From positions 3,926 through 67,925 of IMG/VR virus record IMGVR_UViG_3300023184_000105: a DNA stretch of 64,000 nucleotides, one strand, 5' to 3'. This document shows, piece after piece, positions 48,701-55,396 of this stretch. How positions within the stretch are numbered: position 1 is the stretch's first letter; every line of letters begins with the position of its first letter. The stretch is from a virus. The position numbers and the translations under genes were made by a program. Under the pieces are notes generated by a model. The model saw only the letters and a list, made by a program, of their open reading frames with translations, was not told the DNA's origin and did no database searches.

Positions 48701-49290
48701 GTTAGTCCATCTACTTCGCCAACTTCATCAATGTATACTAAACTTTCTTGTGAACTTCCACCAAAACTATCTTTATCAATAAAAGAAAGATTTAATTCTC
48801 TTTCTACATTGGTTGCTGTAAAAAGAATGTAGGTAGTAGTATTTGCAAATTCAATCCTACCATAAATATGACCGCCAACGTTTAAATCTTTTTCAATGCC
48901 AACACCACCGGCAACATATACAGATGCTTTTTGACGATTTGCAGCAGTATCATATCTTCCGTCCCATAACCAAGCATCACCAGCATATGGATGCGAAGGG
49001 TTACCAACGTTTTCAATATTAGTAAAACTATTTAAATACGTTGGTCCTTGTCCCCATTGTATTAATTGACCTATGTGTGCTGTTCTCCAACGAGAATTGT
49101 CGGTTCCAAGATCATATTGTTTGTCGTCTTTGGGAACTAAATCACTAATAAATTTTGCTTTAACGTTAACTTCATTAGATGAATAATTAAGACCTAATAC
49201 AACATCACTAGATAATTTAGTCTTGCCGCCACCGTCATTTGCTATTATTTCAAAATTATTTGGATAGGTTGTTACATTATTAGTTGGCAT
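42748..49290 (-). CDS. Giant (2180 aa) virion protein: pectin-lyase-like beta-helix with seven inserted phycobiliprotein-like helical repeats
   Basis: LYVTVDGDDTNDG...RTIGGAL, SPYIQNCTN and DAFTQLNQGGVG...GYAQLVSVFTIFC beta-helix segments; seven C-x-[R/T]-D-x-G repeats; own late promoter at 49314-49309. Confidence 0.75.
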   Translation of the reverse strand: MPTNNVTTYPNNFEIIANDGGGKTKLSSDVVLGLNYSSNEVNVKAKFISDLVPKDDKQYDLGTDNSRWRTAHIGQLIQWGQGPTYLNSFTNIENVGNPSHPYAGDAWLWDGRYDTAANRQKASVYVAGGVGIEKDLNVGGHIYGRIEFANTTTYILFTATNVERELNLSFIDKDSFGGSSQESLVYIDEVGEVDGLTYNPSLGRITTDKIRVVSNENATDSDTGALQVKGGVGIKKDIYVDEKITAKNVQPRDDNTGHIGDTSTQWAEAYVHDIYTRIIASTTGTIELKPYAGVTDIYGDIRVRGANPIGTAPVVTNTLYVTVDGDDTNDGRAMDSSRACRTIGGALASPYYQSGTQILVSAGYYLEDNPLRLKPYTSIRGSDIRTTFIEPINKTQDLFHVDSGCYLNYMTFLNGRSGLLEGPFDPGFNRGAYATAFPPLTGDDKIDLFHSPYIQNCTNQSGPWLKDGTMFIPNQTVQIPRAVGIGTWPANTTTIIVTPSSGNIIKQGDTINTGQQNKGFFNARTLLLANKPFLQEQVVGYINNQIVSNIGVNGSIWWDTATTSSFTYNQEFCFRDVGILVENVAYDATFGGNEKAVESGLAYFNGVVSKIAGQELQTTAAINYLNDMVEKVIVNQPVSDVVGSSKKFNQVINYALLDGNISTSSVRSLFGIITNIINNGPNVAPAVYKSAGPDAAFVSAEILMQANRQFIQENTINYVNRFLSHKTFPYNEIKCRRDTGLIVDSIANDLLYFTPEYSQSTFSGLQYWSRDGYTGIIDTEITTTTNSIKYLKDLSVKIIQNITPTDDLIDRFFTPTVSIYQNTSTQGGTVNEVIVINRLFNTLTDILSGNNTKWTDTIIPNGIPSNSSGVQNAVSKLQENKNYLAEEVNAYITASTSAGGLGFYAYNTATCKRDVGYIIDSVCFDLLHGGNRQVVQSAVYYFGFSDTNSNIRTEIVQTTNAFSHLSLIAGQVIQNLGVNALQSKVKQKFSLDSATSAEATILNTGTFIINNIINNGPGVANEAKPISLIASTNPNVVIAYNNITNNRDFLIAETIAYINRTYNPGAFEYDQDQCYRDTGLIVDAVSQDILLGGNFKSVEAGLAYWSLGYNQVGGQETTTTMAINYARDLALQIIANTTATVQTGTVSTQVINPFFKYGGDYMPQEAVTRNFNIITNIIERGPLYAPALYAGGGLFALTGLNGSDVKLPPTVASVDDLMDGSFLIGLSQPTVGFGNNATLYFGDVSTLPKQDKQVDAYVSTSVELGGLGLLPTTWDSRKLDPIGAMGGSLVDGGVISARSPIQSFVYDAFTQLNQGGVGVHVTNDGYAQLVSVFTIFCSIGVQTDNGGIASIVNSNANFGDICLLSKGHGKRAFSGTIYNPPYKAYPDDPDFNPYYPNGFWPNGGQVRVFVPDVDDRPHISLIMEIIPPDGHTNEQSFAGFLNASPTTSTLNTGSITISGIVTDGIAVGNTVYARDQYGLQHNGNGVLYIATGTVVTDVGYQSITLSNALTSGGTDPTNNYALGYVNNNYFDLYFCGNSYYTVLSSEVGEDPKPLGSNILTAGLTVDGTDQIAAHTAVLQHLNTITNQIISNQTVTRLQPTPTGFIYNKTKCSRDVGLLVDAVAQDLLFNGTTQVDFSGIQYWNHGGRVGTINQELTTTTNAINHVRDIAMKIVTGDTSGTRYAGTQPVTTNPATLTEAGIVNTDFSLITDILTNGVTSITDRVVPNRLTASVDTNIQKAYALLQANKSYLQNEAIAYITAVYPTFSYDSGRCATDIGYIIDSVSFDLLYGGNRQAIQSGAYYWGYNDTSTALPGEITQSVAAYNYLKSLLTDIITSTQITAPYQTSQIQALSGSVGTGSEVSTAESLVDRITNIIDGTTPISSVTKAPIDLTRSTDTNIINAATLLEANRSFLQAEITAFVDTNYPPTASVQKKLPLVQGGGGAASFINLRFGEIISILNAPTLAAAELVVKPAQRTKSGPTVTGAGSAITLIKENLTFMADEVSAFVKQQFTGLRYDDAKCRRDVGLIMTRIIYDIESGGRYNSVFNGLSYWSRHGTHRIVQLGENVTRTDLFPDGSNVNFYQRSYISASGYVFEYVGAGTNYGALPQRGIADPVQSKEVVQLDNGKVFFTSTDQNGDFRIGPGLVISQATGVLSGRTFTKSLFANMTPFILAIEGGAL

Positions 49291-49318
49291 TTTTTAATCC
49301 TTCAGATGTATTTATTTG

Positions 49319-49843
49319 TTAATGCATTCTTAGTTCCACTGCATTTATCAATGCAGAGGTTTTGTGCGGCCAATTTGGGTGACTTCTGAATCGTAATATT
49401 ATTCCAAAATTTGAAGTCTGTACATCTAACATAGTTAACTTTGTGTTCCATAAATTTGTTTCATTACCGTATATTGTTGTAGGATCTAAACGCATTGATG
49501 CTAAATTATCTCCTATAATATCATTATCTAAACATAACTGAATAGTTTCGTCTGATATCCTTCCATGTCGTTGCATCGTTAATCTTACTTCAATTCCAGA
49601 TAATGTTTCAGGAAGATTAACAAAGTTAAATCCTGTTGCCTTTAAAAAGTAAGTTTTCTCAACTAAATCATGATTTGGTTGTTTAGCAATATGCAATAAG
49701 TCTCTTGATGTCTTAATTGAACCACTTTCTAAATTCTTAAGTGAATAAAAATTATTAGTTTCAATCCACGGTACATGATGTTCTTCAGCATCTGCTTCGG
49801 AATATTGTATCACGGTTGTAGGTAGGGCCCAATTGGAATTCAT
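49319..49843 (-). CDS. Hypothetical protein (174 aa)
   Basis: ORF with TAAATA (49853-49848) 4 nt upstream; LKATGFNF..LP...SGIEV and YG...LW patterns. Confidence 0.7.
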   Translation of the reverse strand: MNSNWALPTTVIQYSEADAEEHHVPWIETNNFYSLKNLESGSIKTSRDLLHIAKQPNHDLVEKTYFLKATGFNFVNLPETLSGIEVRLTMQRHGRISDETIQLCLDNDIIGDNLASMRLDPTTIYGNETNLWNTKLTMLDVQTSNFGIILRFRSHPNWPHKTSALINAVELRMH

Positions 49844-49881
49844 ACCGTATTTACCTTATTGCAAATTGTACGCACTAAATG

Positions 49882-49907
49882 AAAAAAGGCTCTTACGAGC
49901 CTTTTTT
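49882..49907. terminator. Bidirectional intrinsic terminator
   Basis: AAAAAAGGCTC-TTAC-GAGCCTTTTTT. Confidence 0.88.
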
Positions 49908-49922
49908 ATATAAACTAATTGA

Positions 49923-50861
49923 TTAGATTGTATGTGCAATACTAACAATTGTACCGGTTGCGGCGGCTAGTGTCCACCCTGTAGAAGCACCATTTGTTAC
50001 CAAATAGCCGGCACCACTAGATGTCGAACGAATAACAACAGCCCGACGAGCAGTTAATTTCTTAACAAAATATGTGCTGCCGTTAAAGTCACTAGCAACA
50101 ATATTCATTGAACCAGGAACAAGGGTAGAAGTTGCTGTTAATATACACTGGCCTTGACCTTGTGCATTTTGAACTAGATAACGCTTGCTAGATTCTTGTT
50201 TCATAATATCGCCAGCATTAACAATACCTGTACCAGTAGTTAGGTATGAATTAAAGTTAATAGCATTTTGAGTGTTTGATGTTACACTAACAGTTTTAGC
50301 AAAGCCTGCACCTAAATCAACAAATGATATACTAGCGTTAACAGTTCCTGCATTTGGCCATGATAAGTTAACAGCATTACCAGATACACCTGTAACATAT
50401 GTAGCACTTGAAGCAATATTAGCACCTATTACTTTCATACCTGTATAAATTCCAGTTGTAGATGATGGATAAATTGCATATGCGCCGGTTGTACCAGTTG
50501 ATGTATAACTTCTAGCAGTTGCGGTAGTAAGTGTTAGTGTAGGAGCACTTGTATATCCTGTTCCTGAATTTGTTATATTGATTGCTGTAATTTTACCTTG
50601 AGCATTTACTGGTTGACCTACACCACCATAAGCAACACCTGTTGCACCTACACTTGCAGTACCAGTTGCACGAATACCGCCGGCGATATTTGGAGCACTG
50701 AATGTAACAGTTACACCTTGTGAATATGCAACTGTACCACTATTGCTAATAGCAATTGGGGCAACACTTTCAGCACCTACGCCTGTGCGGCCACCGGTAG
50801 CAAAATTTCGATACGGAGTATTTAAACTACCGAAAAACTTTTTCTTAATTGGACGTCCCAT
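49923..50861 (-). CDS. Probable capsid decoration/structural protein
   Basis: MGRPIKKKFFG start, ITNSGTGYTSAPT repeat, KQESSKRYLV; own late promoter, structured leader and AAGGAG; directly after gp23. Confidence 0.6.
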   Translation of the reverse strand: MGRPIKKKFFGSLNTPYRNFATGGRTGVGAESVAPIAISNSGTVAYSQGVTVTFSAPNIAGGIRATGTASVGATGVAYGGVGQPVNAQGKITAINITNSGTGYTSAPTLTLTTATARSYTSTGTTGAYAIYPSSTTGIYTGMKVIGANIASSATYVTGVSGNAVNLSWPNAGTVNASISFVDLGAGFAKTVSVTSNTQNAINFNSYLTTGTGIVNAGDIMKQESSKRYLVQNAQGQGQCILTATSTLVPGSMNIVASDFNGSTYFVKKLTARRAVVIRSTSSGAGYLVTNGASTGWTLAAATGTIVSIAHTI

Positions 50862-50955
50862 TTTGTTTTCTCCTTAAAATAAACTAGTAGATTCTATCTA
50901 CTACGCGGTGGGGTACCGCATAAATTCTCAGTATGAGAATGAACAATACTATTTA
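50862..50955 (-). promoter_or_regulatory. Late promoter plus three-hairpin structured 5' leader
   Basis: TAAATA at 50955-50950; hairpins at 50924-50940, 50902-50922 and 50885-50903; then AAGGAG. Confidence 0.6.
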
Positions 50956-50965
50956 TGTAATGGTC

Positions 50966-50991
50966 AACAAAAAACCTGCCAAAGCAGGTTT
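50966..50991 (-). terminator. Intrinsic terminator after the major capsid gene
   Basis: AAACCTGC-TTTG-GCAGGTTT stem with U-tract on the minus strand. Confidence 0.85.
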
Positions 50992-51012
50992 CTTGTTTGT
51001 ATAAAATACGGA

Positions 51013-52194
51013 TTACTTGAAACTTACGTTTGCAGAAGTAATACGAACTTTTCCTAAGTAATCAGCAGCGTTACCTAGAGAAGAAGCAGTGTTGCTCAAC
51101 TCAACGTAACCGTAACGTGTTAGGAAGCCAACTACTGGCTCAAATGTTGCTGGATCTAAAACAACACCAGAACTCATTAGAGGAATATATGGGCAGTAGA
51201 ACGCAGCAGCATCTGCTTCGCTTGTACCTTTGTATCCAACTAGGACCTGATTGTCATCATCGCTATCGCTCTTATAAGCGTCAACATAAACACGCATAGC
51301 GCCATTTAATGTACCAACAAACTTGGTGTTTGTAGGTGCTTCAAATGTACCTTCTGTTGTACGAGCAAATGCGCTTGTAGTAGCAGATTGTAGAATTGTC
51401 AATGCTTGGTTAGAAATAACAGCCCAGTTTGCGCTACCACGACGTGTGCGTTGAGCAATTAAGTTGCTTACGCGGTTAATCTGGATAGCCAAAGCGGCGT
51501 GTTCGTCACCAACGAATGTTGCTGTACCGGAAACTAGAGCCTGGTCATAAGTTTCTTCAATAGAAGCCAATGAACGTAGACTTGCTAGAATCTCTTGATC
51601 GATTTCAGCAGTGATTTCTTGTGCTAGAGCAGCCATGATTTCTGCTTCGATGTCAATACCTTGTTGGGCTTGTGCATCTTGAGCAGCCTCGAATGTCCAG
51701 CGAGCGCTTAGTTTACGAGACTTAGCTTCAACTGGTGTTTTCAAGATTTGGATGCTCATACGCTTGCCTGGTGTACCTTCTAATTTAGAAGTTACATCAG
51801 CACCTGCTGTAGAACTGTTGTTACCAGAGTAAGCAGCAGCAATCTTGAATGGGCTTAGAGCCTCTTCACCTGCTGTAACTACATCACCGGAAGCAACGCC
51901 ATCAGCGTAGCGAACACGTAGAGTGTGGATTTGACCAACAGGGCCAGTCATAGGTTGAACACCGATGATTTCATTGGCAATAACTGTAGGCATTACACGG
52001 CGGATAACTGGTAGAATAACACGATTAAGTGTTGCAATGTTACCAGCGCTGGTAGAACCAGCGGTTGCGCTTTCAGACAAACTGCGACGTGTATTCTCTA
52101 GGCAAACGCCCATGGATGCACGACGGTTACCAGTTAGGCCTTCAAGCAGAGCGTCTTTGGTCTCTGACCATCTTTCATTTAATAATTGTGACAT
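51013..52194 (-). CDS. gp23: Major capsid protein
   Basis: LPVIRRVMPTVIANEIIGVQPMTGP, VEAKSRKLSARWTFEAAQD, AEIDQEI, FYCPYIPL and FEPVVGFLTRYG. Confidence 0.97.
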   Translation of the reverse strand: MSQLLNERWSETKDALLEGLTGNRRASMGVCLENTRRSLSESATAGSTSAGNIATLNRVILPVIRRVMPTVIANEIIGVQPMTGPVGQIHTLRVRYADGVASGDVVTAGEEALSPFKIAAAYSGNNSSTAGADVTSKLEGTPGKRMSIQILKTPVEAKSRKLSARWTFEAAQDAQAQQGIDIEAEIMAALAQEITAEIDQEILASLRSLASIEETYDQALVSGTATFVGDEHAALAIQINRVSNLIAQRTRRGSANWAVISNQALTILQSATTSAFARTTEGTFEAPTNTKFVGTLNGAMRVYVDAYKSDSDDDNQVLVGYKGTSEADAAAFYCPYIPLMSSGVVLDPATFEPVVGFLTRYGYVELSNTASSLGNAADYLGKVRITSANVSFK

Positions 52195-52217
52195 TTTATT
52201 TGTCTCCTTGAATATAA

Positions 52218-53300
52218 TTATTTTAGACCCGCTAATTTGCGGATATCTAAGATGTTATCTAAGCCTACCTGTGGCTTGCTTTCTCGATTTCCAGTTACTT
52301 CAGAACTTTCAGTTAATTTTGCTTTCGCTGTTTTAACTGTTGAACCTTCCATAACAGTGGGTAGGTACTTCTCAAATGCTACTGATAATTTTTTGGTCTC
52401 TACAGACTCAAGCAATTGTTTCATTAGCGCTCTTTTATCACCTGCGATTGGTGACAGCAATTCAGCCATAACTTGCTTGCGTTCCATTAAATCTTTAGTA
52501 ACGCGGATTTCACGTTGTGTGGATTCAACTAGATTTGCTTTTTCTGCAATGGCTTGTGTTGCTTCGGCAAGTTCTTGATCTTTCTTCTTAATAATCTTTA
52601 ACAATTTACTTGTTTCAGATTTTTCATTTAGGAACGATGCAGAATACTCTTGTGCAAATGCTTCATATAACTTACGTCCAAATGAGTTGTTACGAGCACT
52701 ATCGATATCTTCTTTCAATTGCTTGATTTCAGATGTCAACTTTTTAGTGACTGTGGCTTCAACTACCTGTGCGCTGCGTTGGATGAAACTTTGTTTAATT
52801 TCTTCAAACTTGCTCTTTGCTTCGCGAACTAACTTAACTTTCGTTTCTGCTAAATCACGTTTATCTACTGCAAACTCTCTAATTTCTTTTGCTAAAGCGT
52901 GTACAATAAATTGTTCTAACTTGCTAAAGTTTTCAGCAACTTTCTTACGATCATGCTGGAACTCAACAACTTCTTTGCCTAATTGTTTAATAACAAAACC
53001 TTCTAGTTTCTTAGCATCAGCAGCAATACTTTGTTGGTATGCTACTTTTGCTTCGGCTAGTGCTCTTTTGTCGTTATACAATTCGGCCATTTCTACGGCC
53101 AATCTGTCGCTTAACATTCTGTCGATTGCTTCAACCATAACAGTCTTATCATGACTGTATTTTTGTGCAAATTCTTCACGAAGTTCTGCGGTAACTTGGT
53201 CGCGATTCTCTTGAATTTTTGTAGCAAAGGCAGATTCAATAACAGATCTTGTTTCTTCTGTCATCACTCCTGACTCTACTAATTGTTTGAATGCGTCCAT
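52218..53300 (-). CDS. gp22: Prohead core scaffold protein (gp22-like)
   Basis: Coiled-coil 360 aa between protease and capsid; FGRKLYEAF; C-terminal IRKLAGLK. Confidence 0.85.
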   Translation of the reverse strand: MDAFKQLVESGVMTEETRSVIESAFATKIQENRDQVTAELREEFAQKYSHDKTVMVEAIDRMLSDRLAVEMAELYNDKRALAEAKVAYQQSIAADAKKLEGFVIKQLGKEVVEFQHDRKKVAENFSKLEQFIVHALAKEIREFAVDKRDLAETKVKLVREAKSKFEEIKQSFIQRSAQVVEATVTKKLTSEIKQLKEDIDSARNNSFGRKLYEAFAQEYSASFLNEKSETSKLLKIIKKKDQELAEATQAIAEKANLVESTQREIRVTKDLMERKQVMAELLSPIAGDKRALMKQLLESVETKKLSVAFEKYLPTVMEGSTVKTAKAKLTESSEVTGNRESKPQVGLDNILDIRKLAGLK

Positions 53301-53317
53301 CTTTTTCTCCTCGGGCT

Positions 53318-53947
53318 TTATTTTAGACCTTTAATAATATTCAAGAGAGACTCTTGAAGATATTTCTGGGCCTTTGGATCTTCTTTTACTTCTCTAGCAA
53401 CATTGAATGCACGATTTCCGCCTCGGCTGTTCATGAGATGCTCATAAACAGGAGTAGGATATGCACCAGGTGCGCTAGGTTGTGCAACTACATCTACTGT
53501 GATTATCTCAAAATCGGATACTTTGCCAGACATTTCATCAACGTTGCCGCTGCCTCTACTACTGACACCTAGTTTCACTCCGCTTTCAAGCATAGTACGA
53601 ATTAAGTTGCCCATTGGTGTTGGCAAAATTTTCATCTTGCCATAACCATTAGGACCTTCCATCCACATTTGAGTAATCATATGGGATACACGGTCCAAAT
53701 TTACTTTTAGATCATCCGGATGATCAACTTCACCTAATACAGAATAACCACTTTGTAGTTGATCATTTAGTGTTTTCACAGCACGTTCAATTTCGTCTAC
53801 TGGATAGACACGTTGATTAGCATTGCGAATTCCACCTTGGATAGCAATACCTTTTAGATAAAGGCTTTTGCCATCCTTGTCATCCGACTCCATTACGATG
53901 CCGGATTGATCAAAACTTAGGTGTTCTCTTAGATAAGATACTTTCAT
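53318..53947 (-). CDS. gp21: Prohead core protease
   Basis: NANQRVYP, LGEVDHP, RVSH, TPMGN, GVSSRGSG and DVVAQPSAPGAYP. Confidence 0.96.
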   Translation of the reverse strand: MKVSYLREHLSFDQSGIVMESDDKDGKSLYLKGIAIQGGIRNANQRVYPVDEIERAVKTLNDQLQSGYSVLGEVDHPDDLKVNLDRVSHMITQMWMEGPNGYGKMKILPTPMGNLIRTMLESGVKLGVSSRGSGNVDEMSGKVSDFEIITVDVVAQPSAPGAYPTPVYEHLMNSRGGNRAFNVAREVKEDPKAQKYLQESLLNIIKGLK

Positions 53948-53960
53948 CCTAGTGCTCTAA

Positions 53961-54986
53961 TTATGCGTTACGATTAGGTGCGCCGTTAATTGGGCTCTTT
54001 GCTTGGCCAACGCTTGTTTGACCAGCCTTATCACCTGTACCAGAACCCACTGGGCCTGGACCAGAACCTTTCTTCTCAGCACCGTGTCCACCTTTAACAG
54101 CGGATAAGTTTTTTACACCCATCTTGCCGCCGGGAACGTTACCATTACCTGTGCCCATATCTTTAGCAGCACTTAGAAAACCACCTGCTTTACCAGCCGG
54201 GCTTGTTCCTGTTGGTGTACCGCCTTCGTGTGATACTTTAAGAATGTTAGCAGCAGTAGCGCCTGTTGAAGGCTTACCTTTGCCGGAACCAATTGGGCTA
54301 CGACCTTCTACTGGAGCACTTTCTTTGTCACCTGTACCAGCACCTACGTACTGACCTTGGCTTTTCATGCTACCAGATTTGTCCCAGTCGTTTCCAACTT
54401 TCTCTGTATATTCGCGTGTAATACGACGACCTTCAAATGCTGGCTTTCCCATCATCATACCTTCATCTTCGTCATCAGCACCCATTCCTGAATCTTCTTC
54501 GTCGCCAAATCCCATTTCGGATTCTTCACCGCCTTGGGCTTTTTCTAATTCTGCAAATGCTGCTTCTAGTTCTTGGATAGCATTCTTGATATCAAAAATT
54601 GCTTGGTCTTCTTGACCTTCGCCACCTTCTTCGCCACCCATTTCGTCACCACCGATTTCACTACCAAAATCATCAGTAGCGTCACCAGATGCGCTCATTG
54701 GGTCTTCGTCATCTGCTTCCATGCTATAAGAATCTTCTAAGTCAACCGACTCATCCATTTCTTCTTCATCATCAGCGGATTCGTCCATTTCTTCATCATC
54801 AGCGGATTCGTCCATTTCTTCATCATCAGCGGATTCGTCCATTTCTTCTTCTTCGGCTTCTTCAGCGATTAAATTTTCATAAATTTCTCTAGACTTTTCA
54901 ACAACGATTTGATGAAAAAGTTCGTTGGCTTTTTCACTTTCTTCATTGACGATCAAATCCATCAATTGTGTAAACTTTGTAGACAT
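53961..54986 (-). CDS. Acidic prohead core protein (gp67/68 position)
   Basis: Very acidic N-half with MDESADDEE repeats and Gly/Lys-rich C-half; between portal and gp21; AAGGAG and TAAATA at 55042-55037. Confidence 0.65.
   Translation of the reverse strand: MSTKFTQLMDLIVNEESEKANELFHQIVVEKSREIYENLIAEEAEEEEMDESADDEEMDESADDEEMDESADDEEEMDESVDLEDSYSMEADDEDPMSASGDATDDFGSEIGGDEMGGEEGGEGQEDQAIFDIKNAIQELEAAFAELEKAQGGEESEMGFGDEEDSGMGADDEDEGMMMGKPAFEGRRITREYTEKVGNDWDKSGSMKSQGQYVGAGTGDKESAPVEGRSPIGSGKGKPSTGATAANILKVSHEGGTPTGTSPAGKAGGFLSAAKDMGTGNGNVPGGKMGVKNLSAVKGGHGAEKKGSGPGPVGSGTGDKAGQTSVGQAKSPINGAPNRNA
54754..54850. repeat. 27-nt tandem repeat x3 (encodes MDESADDEE)
   Basis: TCCATTTCTTCATCATCAGCGGATTCG repeated. 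Confidence 0.9.
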
Positions 54987-55139
54987 TGCGTGTATTCTCC
55001 TTAATTAGATTGCGCGGCAAGGCTGTATTGTGTGTATATTTAAACACATTTGTATAAAGGCATACGAAACAGGCCAAAAACGAACCATTTTAGGTCGTAA
55101 TGGACATTTTTTTGACAGAAATCATTAAATTTTATAAAA

Positions 55140-55388
55140 TTATGCAGCAGGTGCTGCCTCGGGAGGAGGAGCCGCATACATTTTTCTTACTAAACCCAAT
55201 TCTTCTTTTTTTTCTTGTTCTCTAGCATCACCTGCTTTACGTAGATCATTTAACATACGCAATGTTAATCTAGTTTTTCTAAGATCTTTTGACTTTAATA
55301 TGCTAGTATCATTGTCAGAGTTATATCTTAGATCATCAACTTGATCCGATTGTGTGCTGTCAAAATAAATGAACTCGTTAAGTAACAT
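55140..55388 (-). CDS. Small head-module protein
   Basis: 82 aa with RKTRLTLRMLNDLRK...VRKMY; TAAATA (55399-55394, overlapping the portal stop) 5 nt upstream. Confidence 0.7.
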   Translation of the reverse strand: MLLNEFIYFDSTQSDQVDDLRYNSDNDTSILKSKDLRKTRLTLRMLNDLRKAGDAREQEKKEELGLVRKMYAAPPPEAAPAA

Positions 55389-55396
55389 AATGATAT

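Noticed and set aside
54754-54850. Short direct repeats (also 18677-18800 and 60898-61625) as CRISPR arrays
   Set aside because: No unique spacers, unit lengths are multiples of 3 inside ORFs, and there are no cas genes.
55043-55139. Intergenic stretch between the 82-aa gene and the core gene as a regulatory RNA
   Set aside because: Only weak pairing (CCATT/AATGG) was found; not enough to support a call.
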